A DNA stretch of 58,026 bases, the filler included, from Basidioascus undulatus (lineage: Eukaryota), in assembly GCA_000826855.1 (NCBI GenBank). It is 7 parts of 7 records of this genome, joined end to end, with 100 filler letters (N's around TTAATTAATTAA, not from the genome) between each part and the next. Parts side by side here need not be neighbours in the genome. Positions count along the whole stretch, not along the records: positions 8,327 to 16,543 come from JTLS01001423.1; positions 16,644 to 24,849 come from JTLS01001424.1; 5 more parts are not named here. One strand, given 5' to 3'. Every line of letters starts with the position of its first letter. Position 1 is the first letter of the stretch. A program made the translations under genes and the position numbers. The notes below the pieces were generated by a model that ran no database searches, was not told the DNA's origin, and saw nothing but the letters and a program-made list of their open reading frames with translations. This document shows positions 10,039 through 22,945 of the stretch, in pieces.

Positions 10039-12225
10039 ATGGACACCTTTACAGGCTCCCGAGATTTTCTATCTCGATCCTTCGCCACCCGAGCCCCGCC
10101 CCCACGACCCGTGACCACCTTCCACTCCGACGACTACGCCGCCCTCCTCTCCACGGTCCTCCCCAAATCATCCTCGTCTTGCCCCTCATCATCCTCCTCT
10201 CCCAACACCCCGCCCCTGCAACTCTCCCCCGAACAAGTCTCCTCGTCCAACGCAGCCGTACATGCGTTCAGGCGCGCGCTCGTGACGTCGCACCTAGGCG
10301 AGCTGCACGAGGCGCTCGCTACGCTGCAGTCCCTTGCGCAGGACCACCGGCTGGGGAGCTCGGACGTTGCTGCCGCGAGTCACCTCGTGTCGGTGCGCAT
10401 GGGGAAGGAAGACATGGGGATGCTCGAGGATGTGGCGGTCTGGGCTGCGGCGGTGTACGCGCAGCCGTCGGGGCTGAAGGACCTGATGATCGGGTTCTTG
10501 AAGAAGGATGACCCGGAAAAGGTCAAGGCGGTGTACAGGAGGTATCGCACCGCGCTGGAGCAGCGGACACCCTCGTCTTCCACGCCTTCCTCTCCCGAGC
10601 CCGCATCCCATCCCTTCTCTTCCCAGCCCGACATCGACGCGCCCGCCCCATCCCCACCCACCGGCAGCTCCCGCGCATCCTCCCAGCCCATCCTTCTCCC
10701 GCCACTCATTGCCGCCCACGCGCTCACTCACACCTTCAACGCCGCGCGCGCCGCAGTCCTCGGCGCCAACTGCTCCCCGCGAACGGCCCGGGCTTCAGGA
10801 GTCTTCCGGGAAGGGCTCGAGCACCGCCCCAACGCCATGGCACAGGCGCAGGCGTACTACGCGCGGCTGCAGTGGGCGCCGGAGCTCGCGTGGCGCTCGC
10901 GCTTCCTGTGGACCGTACGACGCGCAGTGCGTGACAAGCGCCCCGCCGTCGTGGGCGATATGTATCGTGCCGCGCTCGCTGCGTCCGAGGGCGAGGACGC
11001 ATGGGTGCCTACGACGGTCGGGAAGGGCGACGAGACGACGTTCGCGCTGGACGACCGCGCTTGGGGCGAGTTCATCACCGCCGCATCGAATCTTGTTGCT
11101 GCCGCGCGGGAGAGCAAGTCTAGCGCGGACGTGCTCGATCCAGCGCGGGTAGTGCGGGATCTTACTGCCCGAGGCGTCCAGCGCGGGTCGGGCATCTACA
11201 GCGCGTTGCTGTCGGACATCATCCGGCGGCGCGACTTCGCGGACACGGACGCCCTTCTCGCCGAGATGGCTCGGGCGGGCGTCCAGCCGGACGCGGAGAT
11301 CAGCGCGGGTGTCATCGCGACGCTGTTCAACGCGCGCGAGTCCGAGCGCGCGCTGGCCGTCTTCAACGCCGTGCAGGGCCGCCACGGTGCGCCGACGGAA
11401 GTGTGCAACGCGATGCTTTCCGGGCTCGTGCGGGACAGGCAGCTCGAAGCCGCGCAGAGCCTCCTCGCACAGATGCCGAGCCCCAACCTCGTCACATTCA
11501 ACATCCTCCTCCGCGACGCCGCACACCGGGGCGATATGGAGTCGCTCCTCGGCACGCTCCGAACGATCCAGGCGCGCGGGCTCAAGGCCGACGCCGTGAC
11601 GTTTACCACGCTGCTCGACGCGCTGAACCGGGCGGGTAAGCCCGACGCGGTGCGCCGCGTGCTCGCGACGATGCGGAGCCTCGGCGTGGAGCCGGACATG
11701 CACGTCTACTCGAGCATGATCGACCTCCTCGCCAAGTCGGGCGGGACGGCGCACCTGCGCGACGCGGTGCGCATGCTCGACGAGATGGAGCGCTCCGGCT
11801 TCCGCACGACCGAGATCACCTACACCGGGCTCATGACCGGCTTCCTCCGTTCGTCGGACCTCCCAGACGGGCAGGGCCTCGCGGTCGCTCGCCAGCTCAT
11901 GGACCGCATGCGCGCGCGCGGGATCCGCGCGAGCGCGACGACGTACAACTTCCTCATTCGCGCCAGTCTCGTCTCCCTCCGGTCGGCGGACGCCGACACG
12001 CCGTTCGTGCTCCTCGAGCAGATGGACAAGGAGCGCATCGCGCCGAACAAGGACACGTGGTACACGCTGCTGAGGGGCTTAGTTGACCGCTTCGACCAGG
12101 AGGGCGTCGCCAGGGCGCTGAGGGAGATGGAGAAGCGGGGCTGGGTGCCGACCGAGGACGCGCTCACGCGTTTCGTGCACAAGATCCGCTCGGGGGCGGT
12201 CTTTGCGCAGGGTATGCGCCGATAG
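10039..12225 (+). CDS. Pentatricopeptide repeat (PPR) protein, probably mitochondrial; the true start may lie upstream (ATG 9581 via an intron)
   Basis: Long intronless frame with about nine 35-aa PPR units (PNLVTFNILL, ADAVTFTTLLDAL, PDMHVYSSMIDLL, ITYTGLMTGF, TTYNFLIRA, PNKDTWYTLL). Confidence 0.92.
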   Translation: MDTFTGSRDFLSRSFATRAPPPRPVTTFHSDDYAALLSTVLPKSSSSCPSSSSSPNTPPLQLSPEQVSSSNAAVHAFRRALVTSHLGELHEALATLQSLAQDHRLGSSDVAAASHLVSVRMGKEDMGMLEDVAVWAAAVYAQPSGLKDLMIGFLKKDDPEKVKAVYRRYRTALEQRTPSSSTPSSPEPASHPFSSQPDIDAPAPSPPTGSSRASSQPILLPPLIAAHALTHTFNAARAAVLGANCSPRTARASGVFREGLEHRPNAMAQAQAYYARLQWAPELAWRSRFLWTVRRAVRDKRPAVVGDMYRAALAASEGEDAWVPTTVGKGDETTFALDDRAWGEFITAASNLVAAARESKSSADVLDPARVVRDLTARGVQRGSGIYSALLSDIIRRRDFADTDALLAEMARAGVQPDAEISAGVIATLFNARESERALAVFNAVQGRHGAPTEVCNAMLSGLVRDRQLEAAQSLLAQMPSPNLVTFNILLRDAAHRGDMESLLGTLRTIQARGLKADAVTFTTLLDALNRAGKPDAVRRVLATMRSLGVEPDMHVYSSMIDLLAKSGGTAHLRDAVRMLDEMERSGFRTTEITYTGLMTGFLRSSDLPDGQGLAVARQLMDRMRARGIRASATTYNFLIRASLVSLRSADADTPFVLLEQMDKERIAPNKDTWYTLLRGLVDRFDQEGVARALREMEKRGWVPTEDALTRFVHKIRSGAVFAQGMRR

Positions 12226-12567
12226 CATGCACGGTTTACTGAGACGCTTCGGATGAGCGCAGACTCGTGTGCATTGGAAGAGAATCAACTGTTCCTGTCA
12301 TGACTTCCATGGTCGCTACTGCGACGATATCGGCCATTGTCAGAGAACGGGTAATTTACGTGCATCTCAGCATAATATTTTCCGATTTCTGTAAGAGAAG
12401 AACGAGCTTGAGCGAGGATGAATTTAGACAGTCGTCGGTGCGACCCCGCACGCTCCCACGCCGGTGACGCTCGAGCTGGTCGGCGGAGTGTTCCCTGGAC
12501 AGCAACCAGCACCACGACCGCGTCTTCTCTTTCTCTTTCCTCCTCCCACCACCCACTTAAATCAATC

Positions 12568-14018
12568 AGTAAATCCCCTCCCAAATCCCCCTAACCTCCC
12601 TCACCCCTCCTCTCTCCCACAGTGTCCGCCTCCTCCGGCATCCAGCCCACGCCTGAGCTCCTCTCCGCCTTCTCCTCCGCCTCCGCCGACACCGCCCCGC
12701 GCTTCCTCCTCGCCTCCATCTCCAACGAAGCGCTCGTCCCCTCCGGCAGCGCTGCCGCACGCGGCTCGGCCAAGGACGACTTTGCGCTCCTCGCGGAGCA
12801 CGTGAAGGATGCCGAGCCGTCGTACGTGCTGTATCGGCTTGATAGCAAGGCCGCGGGCACGGGCGCGTGGGAGTGGGTGCTCGTGGCTTATGTGCCGGAT
12901 GAGGCTAAGGTGCGTGTGGCTGGGATGGAAGTAGTGAGAGAAGAGCGCTGAGGGTGGAACGATGCTGCAGGTCCGCGATAAGATGCTCTACGCTTCCAGT
13001 CGTGCGGCGTTGACCAAAGGGCTGGGCGAGAACCGCTTCGTAGACTCGATCTTCGCAACCTCCAAAGTGCGTCCCTCCCTATCCTTGCCCCCTCGATCCC
13101 CCCTCATATCCTCACCCCCCCCTCCCTACCAGTCGGACCTCACCCCCGTCTCCTACGCCGCGCACCTGGTGCACCGCTCCGCAGCCGCCCCGCTCACAGC
13201 CAAAGAAGCCGAGCTGGCCTCCGTGCGCGCCGCAGAGAAGAGCAGCGTTGACAGCATGGTGGGGACGACCGTACGGCGCGCGCACGCCGCGGGCGGGGGG
13301 GTCGCGCTGGCATGGGGGAAGGGCGTGCGGGAGGCGCTGGAGGGTCTGGCGCAGGGCCAGGAGGAGGGGGCAGTCGTGCAGCTTGTGAGTCTTGCGGAGT
13401 GTGGTTAACGAGGAGGGAAGACTGAGCGGGGTGGGGGCGGGACAGGCCGTCGATGTCAAGGCCGAGCAGATCGTCCTCGACCGCACCGCGACCTTCCCGC
13501 TCTCCCAGCTCGCGAGCGAGATCCCCACCTCCGAGCCTCGCTTCACCTTCTACCGCTTCGACGAGTCCACTGTCGGTGCGTTCCTTCTCCCTCCCCCTTC
13601 CCCCTCCCCCGTGATCCCGCGGCTGACCAGATACGGCATCACAGTGTTCATCTACACCTGCCCGTCCACCTCGCCCATCAAGCAGCGCATGCTCTACTCC
13701 TCAAGCGCAAGCTCCCTCCCCGCGGCCGTGTCCTCCGAAGCCGGGCTGAAGATCTCCAAGAAGGTCCGTCCCTCTATCCTCCCTCCCACCCCCTTCCCCT
13801 TCCCGCCTCCCTCTGCCCCCTCTCCCCCTCCTTCCCCACTCCACCCACTAATCCTCAACCTAAATGGACCGCAGCTCGAGACCAACGACCCCGCCGACCT
13901 GACGGAGGAGTACGTCCGCGCCGAAGTCGCGCCCGCGCCGGCACCGACTGCTGCAGGGAACGGCGCGGGCGGCGCGCAGCGGTTTGCGCGCCCGAAGGCC
14001 CCGGGCAGGAGGCGGTGA
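12568..14018 (+). CDS. TWF1: Twinfilin (two ADF-H domains plus capping-protein-binding tail), multi-exon
   Basis: MSASSGIQPTPELL...YVPDEAK|VRDKMLYASSRAALTKGLG...PRFTFYRF...FIYTCPSTSPIKQRMLYSSS...FARPKAPGRRR*. The ATG is formed as A(12568)+TG(12623-12624) across an intron. Confidence 0.95.
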
Positions 14019-14781
14019 GGGGGATTAGATGGGGCGGAGGAGTGAGAGGAGTGAGAGGAGGGATCAGAGGGATCAGAGGGAGAAGGGGGGAGATGAGACG
14101 CTAGGTCTTTCGAACGCTGTGTTTTTTTCGCGTGGGCGGAGAATATACCCCATACACTCGGTTTAGTTGGGCATGGACTCTGGTTTGTGGTGGTGACGGA
14201 CTTGCTATCGCTGCGATGTCTTGCGACTTCTGACCCTATGGCCGTGACACTGCTTTCGCGACTTGCCCACTTCCCACTCTGCTCCATATCTTCGGTCCAT
14301 CCTAAAGCAGTACCGCAAGTAGTTCGCCGAAGCCCACATCCCATCCATCCCTTCCCTTCTTTCGGCGATCAACAGCTCCCTCCCAATCACGTGGAAATTT
14401 GGGCCAAGCTTAGAGCTAAAGAGGAGAGCACTGCGCGCACTGCTTCTGCCACCCTTTGCGTATCCCATCCCAGCAGCGACGATCGCATCTCTTCCTCCTA
14501 CCCGCGCCGACATGGCATAGCACCTCTTGCTGAAGGAAAGGATTCACGACGATTTGCACGTACATACGCGTACCGCGCAGCTGGCTGGGACTGGCACGCA
14601 CAAGGTACGTTGATCTTGATCTTGACCCGCTTGGACCTTACCCTTCCTACATCCTCGATTCTTCTGTTAGCAGACCCTTACTGACTGGTTCTTAATTCCT
14701 CACTTTGCATTTTTCATTCGACAAACAGACAGACAGACAGACACCACACAAACACATACTTCGTTCCCCCCTTCCACACAC

Positions 14782-16543
14782 ATGACGGCCCGCCCGGGCC
14801 CACCGCGACCAGCCTCGCCCGCCTCCTCCGCTACGCCCTCGGAGTCGACCGCGCCCTCGGACTTCTTCTCCACGCCGCACCGCACGCTGCGGCGCACGAA
14901 CCGCTACAGCCTCGGCGGGACGTCGATGACGAGCATGAGCGGGGATACGTGCGCGACGCCAGTGGAGGATTGCGATGGGGAGGAGGGGGAGGCAGAGGCG
15001 TGCGGGTTGGGAATGGCGGCGGGTACGGAAGCAGGAGGGATCGGACGGCGAAGATCGTTGACTACGCTCGGGCTACCGCCTATCCCGTCCTCGCTCGCCT
15101 TCCCGAGCACCGCCTCCCCCGGCCCATCCAAACCCCCATCTCCATCTCCCTCTCCCCACCCCCCGGAGCCCGAGCCCGACGACGACGCAGACGCAGACAC
15201 GGACGACCTCGACCCCGCACTGACGGCGCTCCTGGACCGGACGTCCTCCCTCTTGAGCACGTGCACGTCGCTCCTCACCTCCACGCACGCGTCTGAGTCC
15301 GCGCTGCTCCGGCTCCTAACGCAGCAGCGCGCGCTGGACGCGGCGCTGGCGCGGAGGGAGCGGGAGGTCGAGCGGCGGGTGCACGCGTGCGCGCGCCTCG
15401 AGCACTGGGTCGGGGACGTCGCGCGCGGGGTCGAGCGGTTGTTGCTCGAGGAGGACTTCGTGGGTGGAGGCAGCAGAGAGGTGGAACGGTTTCGGGTGCC
15501 GAGCTTGGCAAGCGTGCTGGACGCCGTGGAGAAGGACGCGCCCCCGCCGAGCGCGCCGAAGAGCTTGTTGGGACGCAGTCGGAGGGCCCCGGCGCCCAGG
15601 GCGAAGACGCTCTATGTGGATGTCGGGATGGACGAGGAGCTCACGAGGGGCCTGCCGAGTCACGTACGCTGCCTTCCTTCCCCTCCACCCCCCTTCCCCA
15701 GATCTTGATGGGCGTTCGGATCACAAAGGAGATGCCCCTTCCCGACACGCTCGGGACGAAGGAGTTTGATCTCCCCATCGCCATCGCCGGCAGCCCGTGC
15801 CCCAACCCCAGCCCGTGCCCCGCTCCGGCCCGCCCGCGCAAGCCGCCCCCGCCGCCGCTGCACCTGCGGGGAAGGCACTCGCTGTCGAGCCTGACGACTG
15901 CGCCCACCTCCTCCGCGCGCTCGTCCTTCTCCTCCGCGCACTCCCTCCTCGCGTCCATCGCACACCAGGCGCAACGCGACTCGCCCTCCCCCGGCGGGAC
16001 ACCCTCCCACAGCCGCACGACCTCCTCCGCCTGGGCGCTTCCTGCCCTGGACGAATCCCCCACCTCTGAGGCTGCCTTTCCGCCTTTCACGGCCCAGCCG
16101 GCAGTGCAGACGCCCCAAACAGCGAGGCCCGCGCGCCCAACGAGCCTGCCTGTCCCCGAGCGCCCCCCGACGCTGGGGAGGCGCAAAGACCCCGCCAGCG
16201 CGGACTTCTCGAGCGGCATCGGGAGCCTCTCGCGCGGGCTCGCGCTCGCGCTTGGTTCGAGTCCCAGTCCGCAGGCGCTCTGGGTCGCGGCGGGCGCGAG
16301 GGGGCCCGCACCCGTCGAGGTGGAAGGGATCCTGGACGTGGAGGAGGATATGCTCGGGCTGCCGACGAGCGAGTACTCCCCCTCGCCTAGCAGCACTAGC
16401 GCCAACACCGCCCCTCCCCCGCCACGCCGCCGTACCCCCGACCGAAATAGCACCATCCGCGCGCCCCCTTCCTTCCTCTTATCTCCCCCTCCACTCACTT
16501 ATCCCTTCCCTCGCGCACTCACGTTCCCAAACAGCGTCTTGTT
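14782..16543 (+). CDS. Hypothetical Ser/Pro-rich protein with a coiled-coil segment, cut by the contig end
   Basis: GC3-biased frames 14782-~15663 and ~15715-16450, separated by a GTACGC..AG intron-like segment. Helical block LTALLDRTSSLL...ARLEHWV. No family recognised. Confidence 0.65.
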
Positions 16544-16643
16544 NNNNNNNNNNNNNNNNNNNNNNNNNNNNNNNNNNNNNNNNNNNNTTAATTAATTAAN
16601 NNNNNNNNNNNNNNNNNNNNNNNNNNNNNNNNNNNNNNNNNNN
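16544..16643. other. Artificial 100-nt contig spacer with TTAATTAATTAA linker
   Basis: N-run with central linker. Confidence 0.99.
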
Positions 16644-16770
16644 CCATCTGCGACTCCCTCGACAGGCTTACGTCTGGCCCACCCGCCCCCTTGAGCGCGC
16701 ACATACCTCCTGCAGCAACACATCTCTGCCCACAACAACACACAGCACTCGAACAACAGCAGCGGCGGAC

Positions 16771-19700
16771 ATGAGCGACTCGGCACCTTCCTTCAACGAC
16801 GAGAAGAAGCAACCGCTCGAGATCGAGCGGCACAGCGACGACTCGCGCACTCTCAAGCGCGAAATCTCGCACCGCGAAGTCAAGCTCACTGAAAACGTCA
16901 ATGCCAGGTTCGTCCCGCTCTTTATGTCTTCCGCTTCAGGCCGCCTCTGATGCGATCGAGAAACGCACAGGCTCGCCAACCCGCTGTCAGGCATCCCACA
17001 CGACAAGCTGTGGGCAGACGCCGTCGTTTTCGCTCATGAATACGGCCTGAGCGAGTTCGAGACCGACATTGCGAAGGGCGCACTCGTCGCACAGGACCCG
17101 AAGAGTACGCCTTCGCTACGGAAGCATCCTGCTCGTGTGACTCGCTGCTCACCCTCTACGCCTTGCTTTAGACTTTGAATCCCTTCCCCAACTCACCGAA
17201 GAAGACAAGGCGGACCTGCGGCACGAGATCACGCACAGTAAGCTTTCAGGCCCGGACTCCATCAACTTGCGCGCTGACGCACGCCGGTCTCCTTACAGAA
17301 TGGTCTCAAACGAAGACGCTGTATTGGATGGTGGTGATGTGTTCGATGGGCGCGATTGTGCAGGGCATGGACGAGAGTGTGGTACGTCTCTTGCATTAGG
17401 GAAGATTTGTCTGGGTTGCAATGCGCTTACGGCTGCCTGATGCTTGAAATAAGATTAACGGGGCACAACTATTCTACCCCTCTCAATTTGGCTTGGATCC
17501 CGACCACAACGACAAGGACCAGTGGATCATGGGCTTGGTGCGCTTTCCTCACCTTCCTGGCCCTGCCCTCGCAACTTAACCTGGAGGCCTTCCATTTGGC
17601 AGGTTAACAGCGCACCGTACTTGTGCTGCGCGGTTCGTCTTATGGCGATTAAGTGTGGGACGACCTTTTCTGACCGATCTGTCTGCAGGTCCTCGGTTGC
17701 TGGCTGACAGCACCGCTCAACAACCTGTTCGGACGGCGTGGTACGATCTTCATCACCGCGACGCTGTTCGTCTTCTCACAGAAATGGGGCAGCTCAGCTT
17801 TCATCTAACTGCTTTCCCTGAAAACCCCAGGTCTTGGCTCGCCTGCTTCTGGCAGGGTGTCACGAACTCGTGGCAGCACCTGTAAGTCTTGCCTTTAGAG
17901 GTATGACGAGGTGCCCAAGGTGCTGAAAAGCTGGCGTGGACCAGCTTCGTGGCTCGTCTTGTGCTTGGACTTGGAATGTGCGTTACTCTGAAGAGCCTCG
18001 CTTCAGAATGCTCGACCTTTCTAAACAAATCTCTCCTTGCAGTGGGCCGAAGTCCGCAACCGTCCCCGTCTTCGCCGCCGAGTGCGCGCCGGCTACCATC
18101 GTCAGTCCCCTTCAACCAAGCAAATTCGCTGGCTCTGGAGGGTTTTAAACCGTATGTTTCCCTTCACAGCGTGGCGCCCTTGTCATGATGTGGCAAATCT
18201 GGACGTACGTGTCTCTCAACACAGCGAGGTGATCCCGACTTTGCAGCCTGACAATTATTCATACAGCGCCTTCGGTATCATGCTGGGAAACGCGGCCGAC
18301 CTCATCCTGTACCACGTCCCTGACTCGAACCCCAACATCACCGGTTTGCGCTGGCGCCTCATGCTCGGTTCCGCCGGACTGTAAGCTACGAATCCGTTCC
18401 CCTTATTCCTGCCCTGCGTGCTGACCTGCTATTCCTTGGTTCAGTCCTGCGATTATCGTCATGGCCCAGGTGTTCTTTATTCCGGAATCCCCTAGGTACG
18501 AGTTTCCTAGGCCGATGTCACTGCGGTAGTTACCCGATGCTCACTGTTCCTCGAAGACCAGGTGGCTCATGGTATGTCATCTATTCCACATGCGTATCTC
18601 GCGGAGGGGGTTCCGAGAATACCCATAATATTGTTGGGTTTCATTCGTGGTAACAGGGCAAGGGAAAATACCCCCAAGCACTCAACTCGCTGCAGCGTTT
18701 CCGCGGCAGCAACTTGCAGGCCGGCCGTGACTTGTACTGTACGCACCGGATGTGATTCTCTGATGCCTTTTCCGAATTCTAAACTCACTTTAACTATATA
18801 GACATCCATGTTGCCCTGAAGGCGGAGGCATCGCTCGTCCGCGGCTCTGCTATGACGCGCTTCTTCGAGCTCTTCACCGTGCCTCGTAACCGCCGCGCCA
18901 CTCTCGCGTCCCTCATCGGTAAGCACTTGTAGAGCCTGGTCCGCGGCGGGATTGCATATTGACCGTTAGAGTACGTGCAGTCATGTTCGGGCAGCAGTTC
19001 TGCGGTGAGCTACACTCGAGAGAACCACTCTTTCGCCCGTTTCTGCCTCTAAACCGCCTCCTTAACAGGCATCAACGTCATCGCGTACTACTCCTCCGAC
19101 ATCTTCGCGAAGGCTGGCTTCAGGTAAGCACTTCCTGGTGATTCAGACCCCTTGCGGTAGTGGCTAAGCCAGTTTTCAACAGCGAGATCTCGTCTCTTCT
19201 GGCCTCGTGGGGCTTCGGAATGGTCAACTGGGTCTTCGCTCTGCCTGGTTTCCTTACTATCGACCACTTCGGCAGGTAAGCAGCCCCTCACACATGTGCT
19301 GCTAACCGTGACACTATTACTGACTTGCCATTGGCTATTTCCCCAGGCGGAACCTTCTCTTGAGTCCGTGAAATGCCCTCGGTCTTTCCCAAGAGCTGGC
19401 CCCTGAATATTTTCTCCCTTTGCAGCGACGTTCCCTCTCATGGCTGCGTGTCTTCTGTGCGTTTCCCTCTGCGTTCATTTCACCGTCTCTTCCCGCTGAC
19501 CCTCGTCCGACTGCAGTCTCACCGGATTCAGCTGTGCGTTGCCATCCGCAAATACTGCGGTTTATCCTGCCGTTCCCTTCCACAACAAACTGACGACTAA
19601 AACCTGCTGCAGTCTGGATTGAGCCCGAGGTTCGCGACAGCAAGCCTCGTATCGCTGTCGTCGCTGTGGGCATCTACTTGTTCGCCGCCGCGTGCGTACA

Positions 19701-20471
19701 AACTTTTTTCTGCCTTGCGATACCGCAGCTGATTTCGGTCCCTTTCTCAGCTACTCTCCGGGAGAGGGCCCCGTCCCCTTCACTTACTCGGCCGAGGTGT
19801 ACCCCTTGACCCACCGTGAGCTCGGAATGGTGAGTGACATCTTCTTCCCGAGGAGTAGCTTTTGCTTCAGAGCTAACTGTGTTTGATGTTACAGTCGCTT
19901 TCGACTGCAGTGCTCTGGTGCGATTTTTTTCCCAGGCTGCACCTTCCCCTGAAACATGTATACTGAAACGCGGAGTCTCTTTCCAGGCTATTCAACTTCA
20001 TCCTCGCCGTCACTTGGCCCCGCCTTCTCGGCGCCTTCAAGGAGCAGGGAGCCTTCGGGTGGTATGCGTACGTCTAAAGTTCTCCGTACAGTCAGCTTTA
20101 CGTCTGTTGCGCATGCTGACGGCCAAACTTTCGCTACGCAGCGCCTGGTGTATGATCTTGTTCTTCCTCATCCTCTTGTTCGTCCCGGAGACGAAGAGCT
20201 TGACGCTCGAGGAGCTCGACCAAGGTGCGCATTTGCAGCGTTCTGCCCAGGACATCCGACTTATATACTCACTTTCTCCTGTCTTTGTTCAGTCTTCTCT
20301 GTGCCGACGCACAAGCACGCCTCATACGGCTGGCGCCAAATCCCGTACTTCATCAACCGCTACATCCTCCGCCGCAACGTCAAGCCGGAGCAGCTGTACA
20401 ATGTCGAGGACGACATCGAGGTGCACAACCACGAGCGCCCTTACACCGCCAAGGGCGAGGCTCAGGCTTAG
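16771..20471 (+). CDS. MFS sugar porter (polyol/myo-inositol transporter-like), about 28 exons
   Basis: Spliced motifs: [129 protein letters not shown]. Confidence 0.95.
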
Positions 20472-21149
20472 ACCAGTTTCGTTACATGGGTTTTCCCGGA
20501 TTTGTTTCGATCCATGCTTCTGTAATTCCCCACGAACTCCTGAATAGTGTAATACCAAGAGACGGCGTTACGTCACGAAAGTCTCGTTACGATTTCTTTT
20601 TCACGGCGTACCTCGGTACAATGGGCACGGTCAACGTTGCGACTAGCTATATCGATGCAAAAGACTTTACCCCACTTCATGGCTAGGGCCCTTCACGTTC
20701 TACAAAAAGATTACAGAGACGCAACTGTCTGAGGTCGAGTGAACTTGAGCAGCTGCTAATAAGCGAAAGGCCGTTGGGAAGGACGTCCTGGCTACCAATG
20801 CCTGGGCGGAAAGCATGGATAATCCGAGTGGTAAATTATATTGTCCTCCGCTGACCCGGAAGCCCGTATGCGTGAAGCTGGCCAGTGCAGTGAGTGGTTC
20901 GCTGCACGATCCGACAGCACATGCTCAAAGGGGCAACTTCATGAGCATGCGACAGGATGCATATCTGAACAGATGATCAAGTCTAACCATCTCTGGGACC
21001 TTCTCGTCCTGGGGCGCGGCGGCGGTCTGCGACGTCGTTGAAGGCGATAACTGTGAGTAAGCGTCTGCGAGGCTTGTTTGTTATCAAATGATTCACACGC
21101 AGGTCTTCATTAGTTTACACTCTGTTCAATGTTACCCGGTTCGCGCACG

Positions 21150-21792
21150 TGGATCGGACGAGCACTCTGCATAGTCCGGCGCGGTCGTCGCGCGAGACCG
21201 CGTACAGGTCGACCCGAGCCCTATCTTCGCCAGCATCCGCTTTTCAGACTTCTGGGGTATCAGTTTCAGATACGTGGTGGTTCGCTACCCGCGCAAGTGC
21301 TCGTCGGATTCGTCATCCAGGAAGCGAGAACGCTGCGTCCAAGGAGGAGGACAGCTCTGACGACGAGCACGAGGAAATCTTCGATTCGTTTACGCTTTGC
21401 GAACACCCTCGCCTTTTCGCTGCGTTTGCGGCGTTTCCTCCAGTCAGCCAGCTCACTCTTGAGGCTGACAACTACTTCAAGTACGACGAGCCCCAGGCGA
21501 CTGGCGTAACCGTCCATCGATGTGTCTAACGCTTCGGGGGTGACCGTGAAAGACGTCGCTGATGCGATGTTGAGCTGTGCGTTTCACGAGATCCTCCCCA
21601 GCAGACTCGAAAGATGAAATTTGTGCGACACTTCGCAGATTCACTTCTCCGCATCATTCGGAAGAAAAAATGTACCGCCTTCACTTGAATTGGAAGAGGG
21701 CGAACCGCGATCGCAGCCATCCCGACGAGTACGACCAGCTGTGGGCGGTGGTCGGCCATGAGTTCATCTCTGATATGACCGGCGTCTGGTAG
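21150..21792 (+). pseudogene. Decayed lineage-specific gene
   Basis: Protein-like text passes through successive frames (PYLRQHPLFRLLGY / EEIFDSFTLCEHPRL..AFPPVSQLTLE / IDVSNASGVTVKDVADAMLS) with no splice sites at the switches, which implies about two frameshifts. Confidence 0.45.
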
Positions 21793-22945
21793 CTGTGCCG
21801 TGAGCCATTTTCCATGCCGCAAGCGAGTTCCAGGGCTGTGGACGCCGCGTCCGGGAACACCAAGTTTGTCATAGACTGGCTGGTGCCCGCAAGATGATTA
21901 ATTTTGAGGGTCCTTGAGGCCTGCAAGGAGGGATCTGCAACCCGTTCATAACATGATTATGAATGGAGGCTGTTGAGCGAGTGAAGGCAAATCTGGATTG
22001 AGTCCTAACCACTCCGATACGGCTGCCTAGGCACCTCTGTCACGTCTGTCGGCACCGGCGTTCAGTCCGCAGAAGTACACACTGCGATACGGCGGAAATC
22101 TTTCATAAGCTTTCCTAAAAGCTGCCCCTAACTGCAGGTGTCAAAGAGCCTCTCGTGCGCCTTGAAGCCTCTTTTCAGGGCGCACTGCCTCACGGAATGT
22201 TTGCACCGCCCTCCGTGACATTTTCGTCCGTCCCGGTCTTGAATACTTTGGAATTTATACGTGACATTATTTTTGACAGAGTGCTTCGCTTCGACGTTCG
22301 ACGGTGCCGCATATTCCCGATGGTCGCCGCCTTCGTCACAGTTCCAACAAAGTAATCCTCAGTTGGGATGGCGTGCACCACACAAAGAACACAGTCTGTA
22401 TGTTGCTCTTTTTTTTCCTGCATGGCTGCGTCTGCGTTCAATCCGCCACGAAGACAAGAAAGCAACCATGCACGTGCACACCGGTTGCGGACTTTCTGTT
22501 CTGCATCGATTCCAGCTCAATCCGCCCGCTTGGACTGCTTTCACCCCCTCGGCCTCTTCACCAACACTTGCCCTCCTAAATTATGTCCTCGGTCACTCGG
22601 AGGAGCGGGCTCTTCTCCGGAGCCGCACTTGTGCGGGAACTGGCCACCGTGACGTGCAATGCATAAGTACTTCGTTAATGGAACCAGCGGCAGAGGGCGC
22701 TGCGCCAGCAGCTGATATTCGGTGGACTACGCTTGTCCACTTAGCATTCTGTTACCCCTCAAATCAGTCGGGCGGCTCTTCCGCACTGCTTTCCACATTA
22801 CCACCTGGCCGCTCCTCTACCGCCTCGGCCTTCCCTTTCGGCGCCGCACCGCGTCCCGTTCTATCCTGATCGAGCTCGGCCATGGCCAATAGCCCGGCCA
22901 GGAGCGCCTCGAAGGACCCTGTGCAACTTCCTCTGCGCTGCATCG

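Noticed and set aside
10294..12182. Long antisense ORFs over the PPR gene, and similar ones over BuGZ, twinfilin and 15641-16498
   Set aside because: These are shadow ORFs expected from high GC3, and they carry no independent motifs.
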